Positions 39,459 to 50,198 of a stretch of 64,000 bases of DNA are shown here, piece by piece; the first letter of the stretch is position 1; each line of letters starts with the position of its first letter. The DNA comes from an uncultured Desulfurococcales archaeon (lineage in GTDB: Archaea; Thermoproteota; Thermoprotei_A; CAZTBM01; SZUA-1508). Both the position numbers and the translations under genes were made by a program. Below the pieces are notes generated by a model. That model was given only the letters and a program-made list of their open reading frames with translations. It was not told where the DNA came from and made no database searches. The stretch covers positions 12,802-76,801 of the forward strand of contig CAZTBM010000002.1 in the NCBI GenBank assembly GCA_964611985.1, written 5' to 3'.

Positions 39459-42400
39459 ATGCCAATAACGTATGCCAGTAAAGTATACGATGACAGTAAA
39501 ATACTAGCAATGTTAAGACCATATGTTGCTGAATGGTTTAAGAGAGAGTATAGTACGTTTACTCCTCCACAGAGAATGGCTATACCAGTGGTAAAGGAGA
39601 AACAAAACGTTTTAATATCCTCACCTACAGGGACAGGTAAGACACTTGCTGTCTTTCTTGCATTACTTGATGAACTCTACTATCTCTATGAGAAAGGTGA
39701 ACTAGAGGATCAGATATACATAGTTTATGTTAGTCCTCTTCGCGCACTAAACAATGATATGCGTAGAAATTTGGTCCAACCAATAGAGGGTATAGCTAGA
39801 GTAGCACAAGAATTAGGTTATGATATTCCCGCATTAAAGGTGGCAGTTAGAACTAGCGATACAACGCCCTATGAAAAACAGAAAATGACAAAGAATCCAC
39901 CCCATATACTTATAACTACTCCTGAAAGTTTAGCAATATCTCTGGTTGCTCCTAAGTTTAGGGAGAGGTTAAAAACTGCACAATGGATAGTTGTTGATGA
40001 AATTCATGAACTATGCGGTAGTAAGAGAGGAGTAGACCTAAGTCTCAGTATCGAGAGATTAGAGAACCTTACAGGCAAACCCTTGGTAAGAATAGGCCTA
40101 AGTGCTACAATAGCTCCCTTAGAGGAAGTGGCTAAGTATTTAGTAGGATTTAACGATAATGGTGAACCAAGAAATTGTAAAATAGTTGATGCACGTTTTG
40201 CTAAACCTTTCGACATTAGGGTTGTCTGTCCAGTAGTCGACTTAGTACATGCTAGTGCTGAAGAAATAAATGAAGCAATATACTCTACACTTACAGACCT
40301 TATTAGAAAGTATAGGACAACACTAGTATTTACCAATACGAGAAGTGCTACAGAAAGAGTGGTCTATAAACTGAGAAAGATTTTTGAATCAAATGGGGTA
40401 ATCGATGCTGACCAAATAGAAGCACACCATAGCAGTTTGAGTAGAGATATAAGGTTAAATGTTGAAGAGAAGTTGAAAAAAGGTCGATTGAAATGTGTTG
40501 TTTGTGTTTCACCTGAGAGTGAAGTATTAACATTAAATGGATGGAAGAAGATAAGTGATATGACATTAAATGACAATATACTATATTTAGACTTTAATGA
40601 TTTTAAACTTAAACCTGGAAGTTTTCAATCTATATTCATAAATAATTATTACGGTAAAGGTTACCTCATAGAAACCAAGCTAGGATTCAATATAAAGTGT
40701 ACGCCCGACCATAAGTTCTTGGTGTTAAGGAATTCTAAATTGCTCTGGGAGACCGCGGAAGGGCTAAAGGAGGGAGATATGATAGCTGTCATAAGGAAAG
40801 CGGATATCAATCAATCTCAGAATATTGATATGCTTAACTTTTTGCCTGAAGATTCATACATAGAGTTACAGGAGGAAGCCCTAAAAAGACTTAAAAAGAG
40901 CATATACGAGAAATATGGAAGTATAAAAGAGTTAGCTAATAGAATAAAGGTAAATCCAAGTACACTTGTGAGTTATCTTGTAGGGCGGTACCCATTTAGG
41001 TATGATTGTTTAAAGAAAGTATTAAAAGCTTTAAGTAATATTAAACTAAGTGTACATGACATAAAGTTCATAAGAACAAATAAGCGAAAACACAAGATCA
41101 AGCCGTTCGTATTTGATAAATATCTAGCGAGGTTTCTTGGTTTTTGGATTGCTGAGGGCTCATGGTACAACAATGGAATTAGGGTATTTTCTTCAGACCT
41201 TAAATTACTAAACAAATATAAAGATCTAGCACTTAAAATCTGGGGAATAGAGCCTAAGCTTATGAGAATATCCTCGGGCATTTACGGCTATAGCATCCTA
41301 TCAAAACTTTTGCTCAAAACGTTCAAGAACATCATAAAGATCTCTAGAAGAAAGTCAAAAGAAGGAGAACTGCCTGATTTCATCTATAAACTTAGTAAGG
41401 AGTCTATTTCACAATTTCTATCAGGATATTTTGATGGAGATGGGTACATAGAGGTTAAGAATGGCAGGGTATATAGTGCTGGTTTCGTCACTTTTAATGA
41501 AAAGTATGCTCGAGTATTACAAAAACTTCTTTTACAGCTTGGTATAGTTTCTTCATTAAGGAAAAGAGAATACGATGAGAGAATAAGTTTCCGGGGGAGA
41601 ATATTAAGGAAGCAAGGTACATGTTATACTGTTACTATTCTTGGCGGAGAATATTTGAGGAAATTCAGAGAAATAATAGATCCATGGAGAGAGAACTTAA
41701 AGATGATAAAAGAGTTAAAAGGACAAGGTTACTCAAATAGAGATGTAATACCAGGTATTTCCATGTTACTAAAGGAAATAAGAGAACATCTTGATCTAAC
41801 CATAGGACAGGTATATAATGCCGCATCCTATAATCCATATAAAGTTGAGCAAGGTCTAAAAAATATTAGTCGTAGGAATCTTATAAAATTATTAGAGTTT
41901 TATGAAAAACAAGCAAAAATAAAGAATAGAAGAGACATATTAAATGAAATACTGTTCCTTAAAGCATTAGCTCTAGGTGATATATTCTTTGACACCATAA
42001 CCTGTAAAAAAGTCATAAGATTAGATAGAATATGTAGCTTAGTTAATGTGACAGAAGAGAATTATGTTATAAATGGATTCATATGTAAAAATAGTTCAAC
42101 CAGCCTTGAGCTTGGAATTGATATAGGATATATTGACTTGGTTGCTTTACTTAGTAGTCCTAAAAGTGTTAGCCGTTTACTTCAAAGAGTTGGTAGAAGC
42201 GGACATAGACTCCATAGAGTTAGTCTTGGAAGACTTGTTGTGGTTGATAGAGACGACCTTGTTGAATGTACGGTTTTAGCTAAGGCAGCTATGGAAAGGA
42301 AGATAGATCGTGTAAAAATACCAAAGAATGCGCTTGACGTTTTAGCACAGCACATTGTTGCTATGGCTCTTGAAAGGAAATGGAGGATAGATGAGGCTTA

Positions 42401-43715
42401 TAAGCTTGTTAGGAGAAGCTATTGTTACCATGAATTAGAATATGATGATTTCATTAGTGTTTTAAGATACCTTGCTGGAAGGTATGGTGAACTTGAGCCT
42501 CTAAAGGTCTATGCCAAGATATGGCTTGATGAGGAGGAGGGTGTTTTTGGCAGAAAACGTAGAGGCAAAGTTAGGATGATATACTATATGAATTCTGGGA
42601 CAATACCTGATGAGGCTAAAATAAAGGTTTTCACTGAGGATGGAAGGTATATTGGTGAACTAGATGAACAATTTTACCAAATCTTAACACCGGGTGACAT
42701 TTTTGTCTTAGGTGGAAGAACCTATGAATTCCTTTACGGCTATGGCTCTTACGCCATTGTAAAACCAGTTAAAGGTGTAAGACCCACTGTACCCTCATGG
42801 TTTAGTGAAATGCTACCATTAGCCTACGACTCAGCTTTACTCGTAGGCAAGTTTAGAAGGGATACTGCTAAAAAAGTACTAAATGAGAGTAAGGAAAGTG
42901 TTATAAAATGGCTTATTCAAGAGTACAAGCTTGAACCTCATGCTGCTGAGAATATTTACCAATACTTTTATGAACAACTCATGTTCATGGATGGGATAGT
43001 GCCATCGGATAAAACGATTATTATTGAGCTATTTGAAGAACATGATAGACTTAATCTAATATTCCATACACTATTTGGTAGGAGAACAAATGATGCATTA
43101 AGCAGAGCTTACGCTTACATATTATCAAGACTGAAAGGGGTTAATGTACGCATTACTGTTACTGACAATGGTTTTATGTTGTCAATACCTAAGATCCCAT
43201 TGTGTTCAGATGAAATTAAAAGCCTTCTGGAGAAGGTGAGATCCAATAATATTGAAGAAATACTAAAAGAGGCGCTCAGGTATACAGAGCTATTAAAGCG
43301 TAGATTTAGACATTGTGCAGTAAGGTCATTCATGCTTTTACGGAGATACATGGATAGAGAGAAAAGCGTTCATAAACTCCAATTAAGTGCTGAAAACTTA
43401 CTTAGAGTGGTTATGGATTTAGATGGATTTCCCATACTCAAGGAGGCATATAGAGAAATCCTAGAGGACTTTATGGATTTAGAGCATGCCAAGGAGGTTC
43501 TCTCTAAAATAGAGAAGAATGAAATAAACGTAATAATTATAGGACCTAATAACGTGCCTAGTCCTTTTGCCCATATCATGGTTGTTCAAGGATATAGTGA
43601 CATAGTGTTAATGGAAGATAGAAGACGATTACTACAGAAACTTCATGAGCGTGTTATAGAATACCTTAAGTACAAATCTAAATTTACACCAGCTCCATTA
43701 GAGAATGGCGTATAG
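39459..43715 (+). CDS. lhr: Lhr-family ATP-dependent helicase with intein
   Basis: SPTGTGKT, SPLRAL, TTPES, DEIH, SAT, HHSSL, SSTSLELGID, QRVGRSGH. Confidence 0.93.
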   Translation: MPITYASKVYDDSKILAMLRPYVAEWFKREYSTFTPPQRMAIPVVKEKQNVLISSPTGTGKTLAVFLALLDELYYLYEKGELEDQIYIVYVSPLRALNNDMRRNLVQPIEGIARVAQELGYDIPALKVAVRTSDTTPYEKQKMTKNPPHILITTPESLAISLVAPKFRERLKTAQWIVVDEIHELCGSKRGVDLSLSIERLENLTGKPLVRIGLSATIAPLEEVAKYLVGFNDNGEPRNCKIVDARFAKPFDIRVVCPVVDLVHASAEEINEAIYSTLTDLIRKYRTTLVFTNTRSATERVVYKLRKIFESNGVIDADQIEAHHSSLSRDIRLNVEEKLKKGRLKCVVCVSPESEVLTLNGWKKISDMTLNDNILYLDFNDFKLKPGSFQSIFINNYYGKGYLIETKLGFNIKCTPDHKFLVLRNSKLLWETAEGLKEGDMIAVIRKADINQSQNIDMLNFLPEDSYIELQEEALKRLKKSIYEKYGSIKELANRIKVNPSTLVSYLVGRYPFRYDCLKKVLKALSNIKLSVHDIKFIRTNKRKHKIKPFVFDKYLARFLGFWIAEGSWYNNGIRVFSSDLKLLNKYKDLALKIWGIEPKLMRISSGIYGYSILSKLLLKTFKNIIKISRRKSKEGELPDFIYKLSKESISQFLSGYFDGDGYIEVKNGRVYSAGFVTFNEKYARVLQKLLLQLGIVSSLRKREYDERISFRGRILRKQGTCYTVTILGGEYLRKFREIIDPWRENLKMIKELKGQGYSNRDVIPGISMLLKEIREHLDLTIGQVYNAASYNPYKVEQGLKNISRRNLIKLLEFYEKQAKIKNRRDILNEILFLKALALGDIFFDTITCKKVIRLDRICSLVNVTEENYVINGFICKNSSTSLELGIDIGYIDLVALLSSPKSVSRLLQRVGRSGHRLHRVSLGRLVVVDRDDLVECTVLAKAAMERKIDRVKIPKNALDVLAQHIVAMALERKWRIDEAYKLVRRSYCYHELEYDDFISVLRYLAGRYGELEPLKVYAKIWLDEEEGVFGRKRRGKVRMIYYMNSGTIPDEAKIKVFTEDGRYIGELDEQFYQILTPGDIFVLGGRTYEFLYGYGSYAIVKPVKGVRPTVPSWFSEMLPLAYDSALLVGKFRRDTAKKVLNESKESVIKWLIQEYKLEPHAAENIYQYFYEQLMFMDGIVPSDKTIIIELFEEHDRLNLIFHTLFGRRTNDALSRAYAYILSRLKGVNVRITVTDNGFMLSIPKIPLCSDEIKSLLEKVRSNNIEEILKEALRYTELLKRRFRHCAVRSFMLLRRYMDREKSVHKLQLSAENLLRVVMDLDGFPILKEAYREILEDFMDLEHAKEVLSKIEKNEINVIIIGPNNVPSPFAHIMVVQGYSDIVLMEDRRRLLQKLHERVIEYLKYKSKFTPAPLENGV
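40503..42092 (+). mobile_element. Intein (530 aa) with LAGLIDADG homing endonuclease in lhr
   Basis: Starts CVSPESEV, block B CTPDHKF, LAGLIDADG blocks FLGFWIAEGS and FLSGYFDGDG, ends NYVINGFICKN before Ser; removal restores KCVV|SSTSLELGID. Confidence 0.92.
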
Positions 43716-43819
43716 CTATTTTACCTTCCTGAATATAAGTTTATGTAATATTTTCCGTGACCCTCTTAGAGTTATGAAAGAAAACTCTTTATAACTAGTT
43801 CACTTATAAACCACAAGCA

Positions 43820-45052
43820 ATGAGGAAATATCTAAAAAACGTCTACGTCTTATTAGCCTCATGGATTATATTCTCTTTTACCTATTCTATAGTAGATCCA
43901 TACATTCAACTATATTTCACTGAGCTAGGAGGCTCTCCTACACTTATAGGTATAGTTTTCTCATTAACTCCACTTACTGCATCAGTTTTCTACATTATGG
44001 GTAGTTATATAGCTGATAATTATGGCAGGAGGTGGCTTGTTACACGAATATCATTCCTTATAGCTATTGTCTGCTTAGGTTATGCTCTAAGTCCTTCATG
44101 GCATTTTCTATTACTATTCTTAATATTAGAGGGAGTTGCCGGCGTATATAGACCTGCTTTGTGGGCACTGTATGCTGATAGTTTACCTCAACATAGACTA
44201 GCTAGTGGTTTCCTTTTAGCTAACGTTATGCCTAGATTGGCAGCTATACCCTCACCTTATATTGGTGGTAGACTTGCAGACTTGTACCACATAATGGGGT
44301 ATAGATATGGATTCTTAATGGCCGCTATTGTAGCTTTTACTATTGCAGCAGTAAGAATAAGATACCTTAAAGAAACACATAAAGTTGAAGCTAAGAAATG
44401 GAGTGATATTCCATGGCGTAGGGTATTTAAAGAAAGTTGGAGAGAAATAGCTTACACCTTGAGAGAGTTACCTAAACAGTTAATGGTAATATTTGTGTCT
44501 GCAATTATATTTAATATGTCATCCTACATGTATGCCACATATAGGGTAATAGTAGCTGTAAAATTTATGGGGTATACTAAGAGTGTTATTGGATCTATCC
44601 TCTCATGCGCATTAATGGTGTTGGCTATATGGACTTTAGTTATAGTTAAATACCGTATACTTGATCGAGTACCAAAGGTAAAAGCGATGGTTGCTATCAT
44701 GTTTATTTACAGTATACTTTACTTAATTTACACATATGGCGAGTTATGGTCTATACTCACTGCGTTCGTCCTATCAGCAGTTTTTGGTACTACATGGGCA
44801 TCCCTCTATAACTCGTATCTGATGGAGACTACACCTTTAGAACTTAGAGCAAGAATACAGGCCTTAAGAATGATTGTAAGAGCTATAGCAACGGTTCTTG
44901 GTGGTGCACTTGCCAGCTTTCTCTACTTCCTGTATCCCAATTACCCACTCGTAATATTCTATGCTAGTAGTGTTCTCGGCTTCTCCTCAATATCATTAGT
45001 ACTCGCATACTGGTATAGGAAGAAATATAAAATACATCCACTACCTCAATAG
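43820..45052 (+). CDS. MFS transporter
   Basis: About 12 TM, GSYIADNYGRR motif A. Confidence 0.88.
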   Translation: MRKYLKNVYVLLASWIIFSFTYSIVDPYIQLYFTELGGSPTLIGIVFSLTPLTASVFYIMGSYIADNYGRRWLVTRISFLIAIVCLGYALSPSWHFLLLFLILEGVAGVYRPALWALYADSLPQHRLASGFLLANVMPRLAAIPSPYIGGRLADLYHIMGYRYGFLMAAIVAFTIAAVRIRYLKETHKVEAKKWSDIPWRRVFKESWREIAYTLRELPKQLMVIFVSAIIFNMSSYMYATYRVIVAVKFMGYTKSVIGSILSCALMVLAIWTLVIVKYRILDRVPKVKAMVAIMFIYSILYLIYTYGELWSILTAFVLSAVFGTTWASLYNSYLMETTPLELRARIQALRMIVRAIATVLGGALASFLYFLYPNYPLVIFYASSVLGFSSISLVLAYWYRKKYKIHPLPQ

Positions 45053-46012
45053 TTCAATACTATTAATTTTATCTAAGAATTCTAGTATTCTATTATAACT
45101 ACCTTCAATTCTATATATTAGTTTACATAAGGCACATACATCTGTTGAAGACGGCATACCACAGATACTACACTTTTTGATTTCTCCTAAAGTAACGTCT
45201 TTTAAATTAACGGCTTCACCCTTGAAGAATTTCCTTAAAAACTGTATTTTTATACCTGGATGTCTTGTTTCAAGCATGTTGAAAAAGCTCTTAATTTCCA
45301 CTTCTATACTCTCTTGAGGTCTATAAGGGCATTCACCATGATATATGGGAAGATTATTTACTAAAGCATAGACCAAACTTTCTCTTTCAGATACTTCAAC
45401 TAGAGGTTTAATTCTTGCAGGCATTAAGCCTGCTATTGCTTCAAGTTTAGGTTTGAGCTTTACAAGTTGACCATAGTTACCTAGAATAAATTCCTTTAGT
45501 ATGTATGCTATCATATCATCCATTGTATGTCCTGTGGCTATACTGTTTGCCTTGAGGTTTAATGCGATAACGTTTAAAACATATCTTTTGATCAAGCCGC
45601 ATACTGAGCATGTAGGTCTTTTACTAAGCTTACTTAATTCTGGCACTTTAAAGCCTAAACTTTCTTTTAAATCCACAATAACATGTTCTATATTTAATAG
45701 TTTAAATAACTCTTTTACTTTTTGCTTACTCTTCTCAGAATATTCACCTAAACCTAAATCTATGTATATTCCGTAAAGTTCTATATTTAGTGTAGAAGAT
45801 AGTAATGATAAAATATGAAGCAATGTCGTACTATCTTTACCACCGGATACGGCAACTAAAATTCTATCTCCCTTGCTTATCATTTTATATCTTTTGATAC
45901 TCTTTAGTACCTTTTTTACCATGAATTCATTAAAGTGTACCTGACATAAGGATAGTCTTGCATAAGGAAGTCTAATAATGGCTTTTTTCTGACAAAACTT
46001 GCAAATCATCAT
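45041..46012 (-). CDS. ttuA: tRNA 2-thiolation protein (TtuA/NcsA family)
   Basis: CxxC..CxxH, PP-loop SGGKDS, CSVC, TGH..DD, CPY, C-terminal CxxC pairs. Confidence 0.88.
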   Translation of the reverse strand: MMICKFCQKKAIIRLPYARLSLCQVHFNEFMVKKVLKSIKRYKMISKGDRILVAVSGGKDSTTLLHILSLLSSTLNIELYGIYIDLGLGEYSEKSKQKVKELFKLLNIEHVIVDLKESLGFKVPELSKLSKRPTCSVCGLIKRYVLNVIALNLKANSIATGHTMDDMIAYILKEFILGNYGQLVKLKPKLEAIAGLMPARIKPLVEVSERESLVYALVNNLPIYHGECPYRPQESIEVEIKSFFNMLETRHPGIKIQFLRKFFKGEAVNLKDVTLGEIKKCSICGMPSSTDVCALCKLIYRIEGSYNRILEFLDKINSIELLR

Positions 46013-46017
46013 TTATA

Positions 46018-46233
46018 CTATCCACCTGAAAAAACTGTAAATACTGTTATCTTGTCACCTTCATTAATAGTATCGTACTCAGATAATACTTTATTATCTT
46101 TCGTTACAACAACATCTTCAACGGTGTATCCTAGTATTCTTATAAGCTCATGAACTTTAATATTCCGTTTATCAGGTACACTCACTTCCTTAACTATTCC
46201 CTTAGGAACTATCTTTACCCTGAATGTCACCAT
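46018..46233 (-). CDS. Ubiquitin-like sulfur carrier (ThiS/MoaD/TtuB family)
   Basis: 71 aa, ends VFSGG; immediately upstream of ttuA. Confidence 0.88.
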   Translation of the reverse strand: MVTFRVKIVPKGIVKEVSVPDKRNIKVHELIRILGYTVEDVVVTKDNKVLSEYDTINEGDKITVFTVFSGG

Positions 46234-46340
46234 AATTCATCATACCTTGTATAATTGTAGTCTCCATTTTTACTATTAGTTCTTAGCTGAAACTTTATTA
46301 ATAGTTTAACTTTATATCTCTTGATGGAGATGGTGCTGGA

Positions 46341-47630
46341 ATGCCATTAATTAAAGAGGTAAAAAGTAAAGAGCATATTGGCTTAGAGGTTGAACTTAAA
46401 GGATGGGTATATAGGAAAATGACTGTGGGAGGCAAAATATTCATTGTATTAAGGGATTCTAGTGATATAATACAATGTGTAATTGACGAGTCAAAGGTCG
46501 ATCATGATACATGGAGCAAAGCCAAGAAGGTAACAAGAGAAAGTAGCTGTATTATTAGAGGTATAATTAAAGCTGACCCAAGAGCTCCAGGAGGCTATGA
46601 ACTACAGGTTACGCAACTTAATATCGTTGGATTATCAGATTGGTTCCCTATTAGAGGTAATGAAGGTGTTGACTTTTTACTCGACCATAGACATCTATGG
46701 ATTAGATCTAGAAAGCTACAAGCGATAATGAAGATTAAACATACTATACTGGAGGCTGGTAGAGAATACTTTAATAAGAATGGTTGGTGGGAGGTTACAC
46801 CACCAATACTAACAGGCTCAGCTTGTGAGAGTGGAGCAACACAATTTGAAGTGAATTACTTTGGACAAAAAGCGTACCTTAGTCAAAGCGCACAATTATA
46901 CCTCGAAGTATTAATTTATACTCTGGATAAGGTTTGGAGTCTTACACCATCATTTAGGGCTGAAAAATCACGAACAAGGAGGCATTTAGCAGAGTATTGG
47001 CATTTAGAGGCTGAGGCAGCATGGTACGGTATGGAGGATATGATGAGAGTTGTCGAAGAATTGGTATACTACATGGTAGATAAGGTGTTATGTAATAGAA
47101 TGGATGAATTAAAGTTTCTTAAAAGAGATACTCGAATACTAGAAAATGCTAAACCACCATATCCTAGGATAACATATGATGAGGCTATAGAGATACTTCA
47201 GAATAAAGGTGTAAACATAAAATGGGGTGACGACCTAGGAGCTGACGAAGAGAGAGTGTTAACAGAGGAATTTGAATCACCATTCTTCATAACGCACTTC
47301 CCTAAAGAGATTAAAGCATTCTACATGAAGTTAGACCCGAACAATCCTCAAGTCGTACTAGGATTTGATCTACTAGCCCCCGAGGGTTACGGTGAAATAG
47401 TAGGTGGTAGTGTAAGAGAAGATTCCTACGCTGTGTTATTAAAGAGGATATTAGAGGTAGGATTGAACCCTGAGGAGTATAAATGGTATCTTGACTTAAG
47501 GAAATATGGCACCGTCCCTCACTCAGGTTTCGGCTTAGGCATTGAAAGAACTGTAATGTGGATTGCAGGTTTAGACCACATTAGAGATGCTATTCCGTTC
47601 CCGAGATTTAGAGAAAGATTATATCCCTAA
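46341..47630 (+). CDS. asnS: Asparagine--tRNA ligase
   Basis: OB-fold GWV, SQSAQLYLE, FRAEKSRTRRHL, GEIVGGS, GFGLGIER. Confidence 0.92.
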   Translation: MPLIKEVKSKEHIGLEVELKGWVYRKMTVGGKIFIVLRDSSDIIQCVIDESKVDHDTWSKAKKVTRESSCIIRGIIKADPRAPGGYELQVTQLNIVGLSDWFPIRGNEGVDFLLDHRHLWIRSRKLQAIMKIKHTILEAGREYFNKNGWWEVTPPILTGSACESGATQFEVNYFGQKAYLSQSAQLYLEVLIYTLDKVWSLTPSFRAEKSRTRRHLAEYWHLEAEAAWYGMEDMMRVVEELVYYMVDKVLCNRMDELKFLKRDTRILENAKPPYPRITYDEAIEILQNKGVNIKWGDDLGADEERVLTEEFESPFFITHFPKEIKAFYMKLDPNNPQVVLGFDLLAPEGYGEIVGGSVREDSYAVLLKRILEVGLNPEEYKWYLDLRKYGTVPHSGFGLGIERTVMWIAGLDHIRDAIPFPRFRERLYP

Positions 47631-47767
47631 ATAGGAAAAATTAATTTATTCCTCAATTTAGCATAAACAAAGCAATACTACTTTACATCACATAGCATAG
47701 ACTATTATCATGAGTACTTCGAGTATTACAGTTACGACAATTACCACAGCTAGAATGGTGCAGGACG

Positions 47768-48679
47768 ATGATCCCGCCAAGTATGATGTATATGATAGCA
47801 CTAATAATGCTTGGATATATACTTGCGATTTTAGGATTAAAGAGAATCGTAGGTCCCATACTGTCTAAAGTAGTTTTCTATTACTTTCTCCCAATCATAA
47901 TGTTCAATGCATTTGCCAAGGCCAAGCTAGGTTACGAGTTTTACGCGATTGTTGCATTGGTCATATTTTACATAGCTGTAGGGTTGCTTGTATCATTAAT
48001 CTATGCTCGTTTTAGGAAACTAGACCCTCCAACAACAGCTTCAGTTGTCATCTCCTCGGTATTTCAGAATACAGCATTCATGCCTTTCCCTATAGCATTA
48101 GCTCTTTATGGTAATATAACACCATGCGCAGTTTACTCTTTCACCCTTACAACGATACATTATCCGACTATAGGGGTCTTAGCAGCAATAGTTGATAGAA
48201 AAGGTAATGTATTATACAATGCTGTAAAGAAGCTTATTACAATGCCCGTTATACCTGCAGGTTTTATAGGTATAGCCTGTAATATGATAGGAGCTACCAA
48301 GTATTTTCCTCAGAACATAATGGAGGTTATTGGCTTCATAAGTGTGTTTGGTGTCTACTTAAGTGCGATAGTTGTAGGTACAGGCCTACCACATCCTAAG
48401 GATGTGAGTAGAAAGATAGAGGACTACATTTTCTTCATTTTAGGCTGGAGACATATACTGTCGGTACTCATACACATTATATTAGCTTCATTAATCATAT
48501 CAAGGAGTATATGGTTCAAACAAGTAATGCTGGAGGCAATAATGCCGCCTGCGACGGGAAACACTGTTGTAGCATTTGTGTACGGATTTAATGTAGAGGC
48601 TGTTGCTAAATCTACAGTATTATCTACAGTGATAAGCTTAGTGCAAGTTACATTACTTCTCCTTTTAGGAGTACTTTGA
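47768..48679 (+). CDS. AEC (auxin efflux carrier) family transporter
   Basis: About 10 TM, NTAFMPFP, MPPA motif. Confidence 0.8.
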   Translation: MIPPSMMYMIALIMLGYILAILGLKRIVGPILSKVVFYYFLPIIMFNAFAKAKLGYEFYAIVALVIFYIAVGLLVSLIYARFRKLDPPTTASVVISSVFQNTAFMPFPIALALYGNITPCAVYSFTLTTIHYPTIGVLAAIVDRKGNVLYNAVKKLITMPVIPAGFIGIACNMIGATKYFPQNIMEVIGFISVFGVYLSAIVVGTGLPHPKDVSRKIEDYIFFILGWRHILSVLIHIILASLIISRSIWFKQVMLEAIMPPATGNTVVAFVYGFNVEAVAKSTVLSTVISLVQVTLLLLLGVL

Positions 48680-49366
48680 GTACTGTTGAACTTGCCTTCT
48701 ATATTTACATATATCGCCTAGAGGGCATGACCTACATTCCGGCTTTCTAGCCTTACAGTACATTCTACCGAGCATAATTAACCTAAGATGGGCTTCAAGA
48801 TAGTCTTCAGGGTTAAATATCTCCATCAGTTTCCTTCTTATCTCTTCGTAATCTGCTTTCTTGCGGACAAGTCCTAGCCTCTTACTAATACGTTTAATAT
48901 GTGTATCTATAGGAAATGTTGGTTTATTAGCATACATTAACAATATTACATCAGCTGTCTTAGTGCCAACACCTGGTATCTTTAACAATTCCCTCCGGGC
49001 CTCCTCTAGCGGTAGGTTAAGAACTTGTTCCAAGTTACCGTTTAAGTTCTTCTTAATGTATTGAGCTATTTCCTTTATTGTTTCGGCCCGTCTTCTATAC
49101 ATACCAGCTATTTTTATTGCCTCCATTATCGTATTTAATGGAGCCTTTAGAATGTTATCAATAGATATGTCTTTCACTGCTCTTCTTAGGTTATCATAAG
49201 CTCTAATAGCATTCTTATCGTTTGTATTTTGAGATAAGAGGACACCAATTAACATTGCAAAAGCTGACTTATATTCACTTTTAATTCTTGTAGCTATGAA
49301 CTCGTTAATGTCTAATTTTCCTAAACTTCTAAGCTTAGATAGTATTAAATCTCCTTGAACTCCAAT
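48665..49366 (-). CDS. nth: Endonuclease III; frame open upstream of ATG 49255, possible ATT start at 49366
   Basis: LSQNTND, HhH IPGVGTKTAD, PIDTH, C-x6-C-x2-C-x5-C Fe-S motif. Confidence 0.88.
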   Translation of the reverse strand: MGVQGDLILSKLRSLGKLDINEFIATRIKSEYKSAFAMLIGVLLSQNTNDKNAIRAYDNLRRAVKDISIDNILKAPLNTIMEAIKIAGMYRRRAETIKEIAQYIKKNLNGNLEQVLNLPLEEARRELLKIPGVGTKTADVILLMYANKPTFPIDTHIKRISKRLGLVRKKADYEEIRRKLMEIFNPEDYLEAHLRLIMLGRMYCKARKPECRSCPLGDICKYRRQVQQYSKYS

Positions 49367-49384
49367 TGTACATCTCCCTTAATG

Positions 49385-50065
49385 TTAGTCAAAGGTATAT
49401 ACTTTTAAGTATTCCTCCTCACTTAATGGTCCTTCCTGGTTTATCTTCTGTGAAAAATGTGATTCAGCAATTCTCACTATTTCCTCTAAGAGCTTTATTG
49501 ATGGTTTATTGAATAATACACCCTTAAACCATGCACTTACAGCTGCATTAACCTTCATCTCCTTCTCATCAGAGATAAACCTTGACTTTACATGTACTAT
49601 ACCTTGTCCTCTTTTAAAAGAGGGTTTAACATTGGATTCATAGAGCATCTTTAATGAGTGTTCATATCTCTTATAGAGGTTAAATAGTGTATGCTTTTTC
49701 GCTATACGTGGTTCGACCTTTAGTTTCCACTTTGTTGTTATAAATGAGTCTACAAATATTATGGACATTTCTTTCAATTTTTTAATCTCTGATTCTAAAC
49801 TTCGATTAGTAAAGTATCCTGCTAGTGATGTGAATGAGTTTAAGCTCCCTCTAATAGACATTATAGAGTGATGTAGGTAAAGTCCATTTCTTAATTTAAT
49901 CATGAATCTCACTGAGCGCAATCCATAGACGGGAGATTCCTTCATTTCAATAAGGTAAACCTCACTTATAATATCAGTAGCATTGGCCCTACAATACTCT
50001 ATAAAATGTTTATTAAGCTCTTTAGCTCTCCCAGGAGCACTCCACAAGGCTAGCCCAAACCCCAA
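49385..50065 (-). CDS. Hypothetical protein
   Basis: 226 aa ORF, no recognised motif. Confidence 0.55.
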   Translation of the reverse strand: MGFGLALWSAPGRAKELNKHFIEYCRANATDIISEVYLIEMKESPVYGLRSVRFMIKLRNGLYLHHSIMSIRGSLNSFTSLAGYFTNRSLESEIKKLKEMSIIFVDSFITTKWKLKVEPRIAKKHTLFNLYKRYEHSLKMLYESNVKPSFKRGQGIVHVKSRFISDEKEMKVNAAVSAWFKGVLFNKPSIKLLEEIVRIAESHFSQKINQEGPLSEEEYLKVYTFD

Positions 50066-50198
50066 ATATATTTAGTAGCACTAGTGTATACATAAGAATT
50101 ATCCTAAGGTAAGCAATCTGATATAGGGACTCTATTAGCTTGACCTTTAGAATACAGAAAGAGGTAGATTTAAATTAAGGGGGTTAATTGATTCTTTA

